Positions 57,801-64,000 of a DNA stretch of 64,000 nt are shown piece by piece. Both the position numbers and the translations under genes were made by a program. Under the pieces are notes generated by a model that worked only from the letters and a program-made list of their open reading frames with translations, was not told the origin of the DNA and ran no database searches. The DNA lies in NCBI GenBank assembly GCA_977018835.1, contig OZ361258.1, positions 2,294,001 to 2,358,000 on the forward strand. The letters are read 5' to 3'. Every line of letters begins with the position of its first letter. Positions within the stretch are counted from its first letter, which is position 1. Origin of the DNA: Minutocellus sp. GHC0000111. Taxonomy: Eukaryota.

Positions 57801-60714
57801 CAATGATCAAAGAGGGGACGTTGGCCCAGGGCGAGGATTCTATGCCGATCCCAATGAAGACATTCTTGACGGTGGGCAGGAGAGTTCTTCCTTGACCAAT
57901 AAGCGGGGTGAGCAATCAACGCTGCAACGGCCCCGGAGGACTCATACTAGGGACGGCTCCCACGTCTCCTTCTCCTTTGAGACCCAAGAATATTTTGAAG
58001 ATGAACCTTTCCCCTCACAGAGGCAATATTTCAGCCCACGGAGGGGCAACATTGGCGGTATTGGCCATGGCCATTCTGATGCGGCACTTTCACCATCAAG
58101 AGCAGTGGCATCGCCGCGGAGACATTATCATTCTGCCCTATCTCCAATCATTAAGACTCCTGCCACGCCCAATCATCGGTGGGGGGCGTCATCCTTTGAT
58201 CATGGTCTACAGCCCGAAACTCCCGGAGCAATCCTTGCAGCAATCGAAACGCCAAACCCACATCGCGCTGCCAATAATAGTGGTCCACTTTTGGGACTCA
58301 ACGTACCACTCATTGCCGACCAGCGGACTTATCATGACAATGCCGAAGTTACGCAAGATGGCGTGGACGCAGATGTTAGCACTTAGCAAGAGGAAGGCGA
58401 TGAGGAGGAAGAGGAGGTAGAAGAAGAGGAAGAGGAGAAGGTTGAGATCCCCGAAGAACTCAAGCTGGCATCGCAGAAAGCGAACGATGCGGCATTTGAC
58501 GAAATGTTGCGAAAGAGTCCTGAAAACTGGACAATTGGGTATGGCAGTGACTCGGAGGGAGAGCTTCCCAGTAAGTTGCTGCTGTTTGGGCATACACTCC
58601 GTACGCATATCTGGAGGGTTAGCGCTTGGCATGGTGTTCTTGCCTGAATTGCGAGCATATATATACCAGCGTTACTCACTCTCTTACTCACTCGTTACCT
58701 CTTTCTCTCACCCAATATAACATTAGGTGAACTCCCACCATCACCAGTGCGAAAGAAGAAAAAGAAGATCCGTCCCCGCCCCCAAAAATCCACCAAGAAA
58801 AAGAAGTCACTGCCGCGCCTTCCACCGCCACCTGCGTCTCTGCTTCGGCCCTCTCCGAAAGGGGCTGCTGCACGTAGTGGATTGGGCAGCGCTAGCTTTG
58901 ACGAGGCCGTCGCCCTAGCACAGAGGGAAGCGGACCACAACATTTATTCCCAGATTGATAACTTTCTCTCCAACGAGTTAGTGTCGAGAGGAAGCTTCGA
59001 TGAGCGATCCCGGACCCTCAATTCTATTGGAAGTGCCGATGTTGAAGCCAACAACAAAGGGGGACTTGAAGGTGGCTCATCGGAGCAGCAGCATCAATCT
59101 CAGCAGCATACATGTAAACCCCTACAACACGGATCAAGCTCGTCCAGGATTGGTCATGCTAGGCAAGGAGATCTACGCTCAGGCGTGGAATCCTTTCGCA
59201 CCGGTGACAAGGTCTACGCGAGATTCAATAAAGATGGGGGGTGGTATCCAGCTACTGTCCAAAGCATCATTGTTTCTCCGCACACGGAAGAAAAGCTCTT
59301 CTCTGTCCGCTTTGATGACGGCGAAACGGCGTCCCATCTTCCACGTTCTTGTCTCTGCTCTATGCAAGATTATCACGGCCAACAAGCATGCGAATCGAAG
59401 TATCGACAGGCCCTGTCTCGACGAGACACTAATCAGGTACCGGAAAGGCGCGCATTGCGAGAGCCTAGGGCAAGAATCCGAATTGGTCACATCAACGGGG
59501 TGTCCGAAGGCCATTGCTATTCGCGTCGATCTCTTTTCATGGCAGGAGCACATCAGAGCGATATTCATTGGATCAACGGAGATGCTCACCAAGGCTGCGA
59601 TTCAATTATTTTTACGAAGCCCAGGCCAAGTCATAGCGAGGACGATTGTTTGGCATGGTTGAAGTGCGAGGCAGGTCCCAACAATGGGGGCTGTGCACTC
59701 ACGACGAGCCTCCACAAGAAGAACCCTATCAGAGTGTTCCGATCATCGATGCAGAAGGACAATCAGTATGCACCGCCGCTAACACCGGAGGGGTTTCATT
59801 CCTGTCGCTACGACGGTCTTTACTACGTTGCTCGAATGTTCGATTCGCGCGGAGGCGAAGCCAATCAAATGCCATTGCGCGGGGACACCCGCTGTACATT
59901 CCTCATTCGCAGAATCCCACCGAAGCAAGAAGAACAGCGAGTTCGAGAATCATGGGGAGACGAGGACATGTACGCGGTGCCCAATGCGCAAGAATATTTG
60001 AATGAGATTGGAGTGCACCCTTTGCTCCAGCTCATCCAACCAAGTCGCGGGCAATCCGACAAAGCGTTTCAGCATAGAACACCGAATGCAACGCGCTCAC
60101 CAGCGTTTGGCAATCGTTCGACGATAAGGAGTGGCTCCAGATCGTCACGGTCGCGTAGTGGGAGCCGAGGCGTCGGCCCTGCGAAAGGCTTTTCCTTTGA
60201 TCCGTTTGCAGGGATAACCATCCGCACTGATCGAGAGATTTCGATGGATGTTAGGGCAGGCATGGGTACTGCTAGACATGCAAATCGAGGACCTACCAGT
60301 ACTTCACATTCGGGGCGCCTTATGAGCCCTCGCTTCAATGATGTCCAGGACGGCGTAGGCAGTTTCGATCCAAGTCCACCTCACTCCGTCCTTTCTGGTA
60401 CCGGCAGTCATACGCCCATGTCTCTTGGTGCCCTCACTCCACTCAATCACAGCATTGGGGATAATAGCGGGGGAGGGGGTGGCGCGGGAGCCGCCGATGC
60501 CATCGGAACACAAAAAGTTGGAACCAATACCACTGGTGCTAGTAGTAGCTGGATGACGACAAGATACTTCAGCGATAGTGAGCATACCGCAGAGCACACA
60601 GCAGGACATACGGCAGAGCGTACGGCAGAGCATACAGCAGAACATGGCCACGCGCAGCATCTGGAGAAACCAAGGGAGGAAGATGACGAAGACGAGAAGA
60701 TGCACGAAATGTAG
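51874..60714 (+). CDS. giant chromatin protein: Tudor-like x3, C2H2 finger, DEK-C-like, SRA/YDG (interrupted reading frame)
   Basis: YRVQFDDGD, ILWPADNEYYPGKV..V.YDDGE, CPFC..H..C, a DEK-C-like helix bundle, WYPATV..VRFDDGE and SRA motifs IGHINGV, PIRVFRS, RYDGLY. Frameshifts near 54110 and 55870, in-frame TAG at 58384, phase-consistent intron 58571-58726. Confidence 0.8.
57012..57233 (+). repeat. 111-bp in-frame tandem duplication (37 aa)
   Basis: CTREEDSQKEDTVGTGGAEKNEGKSNAAPGLDTDLKQ occurs twice, nearly identical at the DNA level. Confidence 0.95.
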
Positions 60715-60910
60715 TTTAACTCAATAGATAGTAGATAGCATAGACTTACATGCATGTCTTCCGTTTATCAATGGCGCCAAGAGGTAAATGATCTGATTGC
60801 AATTTTTTATTGTTACGATTGCTACTGTACAGCATTGCATCGAGCTGAGTCGATCACAACTAATTTCGCCCTTTTGCCCTCCTAGATTCAGGACATTATT
60901 TTTTTGTGCA

Positions 60911-63250
60911 TCATGGATGTACCAAGTGTCCTGTCGGGTCTCCAGGATTAGGGGATACGAATACTGAAAGCAAATTCATGTACAAGTCATTCACCTCGGT
61001 TTGACACTCTTGTAAAAAATGCTTTCTTTCATTAGGATTGGCACCGTACATGTCTTCATCTGCGACGACGCTGCACTCGATGAGGCCAAAAATACCAGCA
61101 GCCTAGAGGGTAAGTCGGGATCAATGAGAGAGGAAAGGAGATGGATAGTTAGCTACTGCAAGAACAAGCAGGAGTAATTGCAACATAAAAAACACAAACG
61201 CAGCATAACAGTAAAAGCAAAGACTACACTTACAGTTCTCGGGCCGGTTGTCGCGTCACACCAATGCATACCTTCAATAGTGGGGAAGGTGGAAAATCCA
61301 AACAAAAAGATAACGGTGAGCAAGAGCTCAATTGCGGCGAGAAAAATAGAAAATGCACCTAAAGAGCGAGCGCCTGTTGGGACAACATTTCGAGATGCCA
61401 GCTCAGTAACTCAACGCCAACTTATCCAACAAGATGCACGGTCCAAGAAGCATGGTCCCAGCGGTAGATCCACCCGTACACAGTATGTCCGAAGGATAAA
61501 TTGGCATTGTTCCACGAATTATGATGCAATGCGAATGCTTACCATCGGGACTTATGCGTCCCCTTCTATCATCCATGCATGTGGGGATGCGCTTAGGATG
61601 GGTCGGCTCCGAGACGCTTCCGCAGGCCATTGCGGTTAGTTGCGGATACCAATTGACTCCGGTAAAGCTTTTCTTGTGTGTGAGGCCGTTGCCAGTCAAA
61701 ACATGCGAAAAAGCCATATGCGCTGGAATACCCATAGACTCAGCGTTGGCAAAGACGAGGTCGTCGGTGAGTCGCTCCCAGTCCAAGAGCATGATGTTTT
61801 GCACTCCATCCTCGGCATTTTCGGGAGGTTGATAGTGCTGGACGAAGCGTCGAACGACCTCGTTGTCTCTCCTCATGGAGACAAATCCGTCTGAAATGCC
61901 ATTGTTATTCACCGCACTGGTCGTAAAGATGACCGTTCGAGGATTGACCATGCGGCGGGCAACTTCCAGGACACGGTAGTAGTGACCTTCTGTAATGTCC
62001 CCGGTCTCTCCAAACTTTTGCATCCAAGGCCAGGGCGTCCGGTCTTTACAGAAGGAAAAGTCAAGAAAAAGCGAATAGCGACAAAACATTTGATCGTTGT
62101 TAGTTGCAACTGACAAAAAACCGCCAAAATCTCAAGTTGGCTGCATGGTCTCGAGAATATTCACATTACTTGACTTACAGATAAGGACATTGCAATTGCC
62201 ATATTCCTCTCGAAAGTCAGAAAAAAATTGAGGATCCCATAAAAGAAACTCCTCAGCGCCCGCCTTATTGCTATGCCACTGAGTTAGTACTCTGCAGATC
62301 CATAGATAGACATTGATGAAACGAACAGGTGAGCAACAAAACCTCATGGGTATGTTAAAGACGCAACAGGATCAAGTCACCTACATGCATACATATAGGC
62401 GCAACACGACACCACACTTACCTTGCAAACGCCACATATCCACCACCCTTCTCTTCAGAAACATGATTGACCCAAATCCGGTCCTGGAACCGACCCTCCA
62501 AGTTGATCTGTTCTCGATAGCTTTCTCTCTTATGCTTATAAACCCCCAGATCTGCGTGTGAATTCTCAAGAAACAAAGCCATATTTTCACCATCCGAGTC
62601 TCCAACGACCAGTATGTTGAGTGCGTTGAAATCCACCTTGGTGAAAAAATTATTGTTGCTCTCAAACCGCGAACCGGCGGGCACTGCCTGCACCTGCTCT
62701 GGCGGAACCCAACGATCGGTTTTAGTATCCCAGTGCGTCTCGCACTATTATGGATGGAATGGGCGAAAGATGTGAGAAATGCCAAGGGGAGTGGATTCGA
62801 GGTAAGGAAAGCGATGAATTGATTGCGGGAAAAAACTAAGAACAAGGTAGAGACGATTCGATTCGATTCGACTGGATTCACCTGCTGCCCGGCCGTGGCG
62901 GGGAAGGGATTGAAGCGCAGATGCGTCTTGAGGAGGGCCGCCTTGAGCGTGCGGCCTGGCTTGATCTTGTTGACGCCCTCGAGGAGGCGGAAGTTGGCTG
63001 AAAATCCCGTCCTTCCACCGATGAAATTCCTTGCGCTGCTACTTTGGTGCTGTTTCCGGGATTCGGAGGTGCACGGGTAGCGGGACAGGACGTTTTGACC
63101 GACGAGGGCCAGACCGTACCGCCCAAAACGTCCTGTCCCACCTTGCCAGCCGTCGCCATGTCCAACCTCTGCTGTATGGTCTCATTGTTGATAATAATAG
63201 TGAAGATGTCAACAAATATCGTCTCCCTCCTTTCTCTCGTCACCATGAGG
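60911..63250 (-). CDS. PC-esterase/TBL-like (GDS...DxxH) protein, multi-exon, 5' end uncertain
   Basis: ILVVGDS near 62600 and SPDG|MHWC across an intron at ~61542-61273. The last exon ends at TGA 60911. Confidence 0.6.
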
Positions 63251-63423
63251 ATATATTTGAATAGATGATGTGAAAGTTTGCTGCCATGTGGCACAGATAT
63301 CGAGATTTTCATGTGACAATTTACGTTACATTGCCACTCGGCACAGCCAGGCGCCAGCATGATTTCCGACGTCCATTCCTCGGATCGGTGGGAAGAGACG
63401 AACGCCATAATCGCTCATCGACA

Positions 63424-64000
63424 ATGGCTAATCGTTTGAAAGAGAACGAGAAGGTGGCTATCTTAATCAATGCCAGAGACTCTTACAGCGTCGTGTTAGT
63501 GAGGGTGCTCGAGGCTGCGAAATCGGCCCACCGTAGCCCGTATCGCGCTGATCTTGAAATGAGCAAGGGGAGGGAATGCTGTTGTTGCCTTACCCCAAGA
63601 GAGTTTTATCAGATCGCATGGTATTGCTGTAGACCCCCTGAGAAATGGTAATTGTGGGTTTGATGCTGTCGGCCTGGCCATCTCCTACATGCAGGCAAAT
63701 GATACGTCCAGCGCGGCAATGCCCACCGCCAACATTGCGAACGACATCAATCAGTTGCGAAGGGATCTCCACAAACACGCCCGAGATTACTGCCGGGCAT
63801 TCTCACGCCACTATCAAAGCCTCATCAAGGACTCGGGTCAACGAGCAGAAGAGTGGTACACCCAACACGTCCTGGATCGATTGTATACTCCTGGCAGAGA
63901 TTACGCCAAAGATGGAGCAGACGGAGACGAATGGCTCGACGGTCCTTATGGATGCCCTATCATATCTGATTTCTTTCAGGTGAAAGTATTCCTCTACGAC
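63424..64000 (+). CDS. partial OTU-like cysteine protease domain protein, running off the window
   Basis: The frame starting at 63602 reads DPLRNGNCGFDAV...INQLRRDL...EWLDG and stays open to the end. Apparent frameshift near 63566. Confidence 0.5.

Noticed and set aside
58384..58386. Stop-codon reassignment or readthrough
   Set aside because: TAG, TAA and TGA all end intact genes in this window; mutation or sequencing error is simpler.

Overview
Eukaryotic nuclear DNA, most likely a diatom or other stramenopile (short GT-AG introns, signal-peptide/'AF'-type plastid presequences). Recognisable genes: CEBPZ/Mak21, rhomboid protease, PDX2, a plastid SDR, VMP1, CDC6 with a very long N-terminal extension, TM9SF, a tandem two-domain phosphoglycerate mutase, a JmjC+UIM protein, a giant Tudor/C2H2/DEK-C/SRA chromatin gene, a PC-esterase-like gene and an OTU-like gene. 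The region 5970-12320 is a repeat island. It holds two satellites built on ~21-bp subunits, one with a ~167-bp higher-order unit. Nested in or beside them are a small LTR element, two foldback MITEs, a GC-rich insert and a TIR element with no target-site duplication. A second TSD-less TIR element with the same asymmetric ends (GTGC..GAG / CTC|ATT) lies at 36654-38303. The window also has a decayed multi-repeat cyclic-nucleotide-gated K+ channel and a degenerate DD39D mariner-like transposase. Several genes are truncated or frameshifted; some lesions sit in homopolymers and may be assembly errors. All calls were made by eye without database searches.
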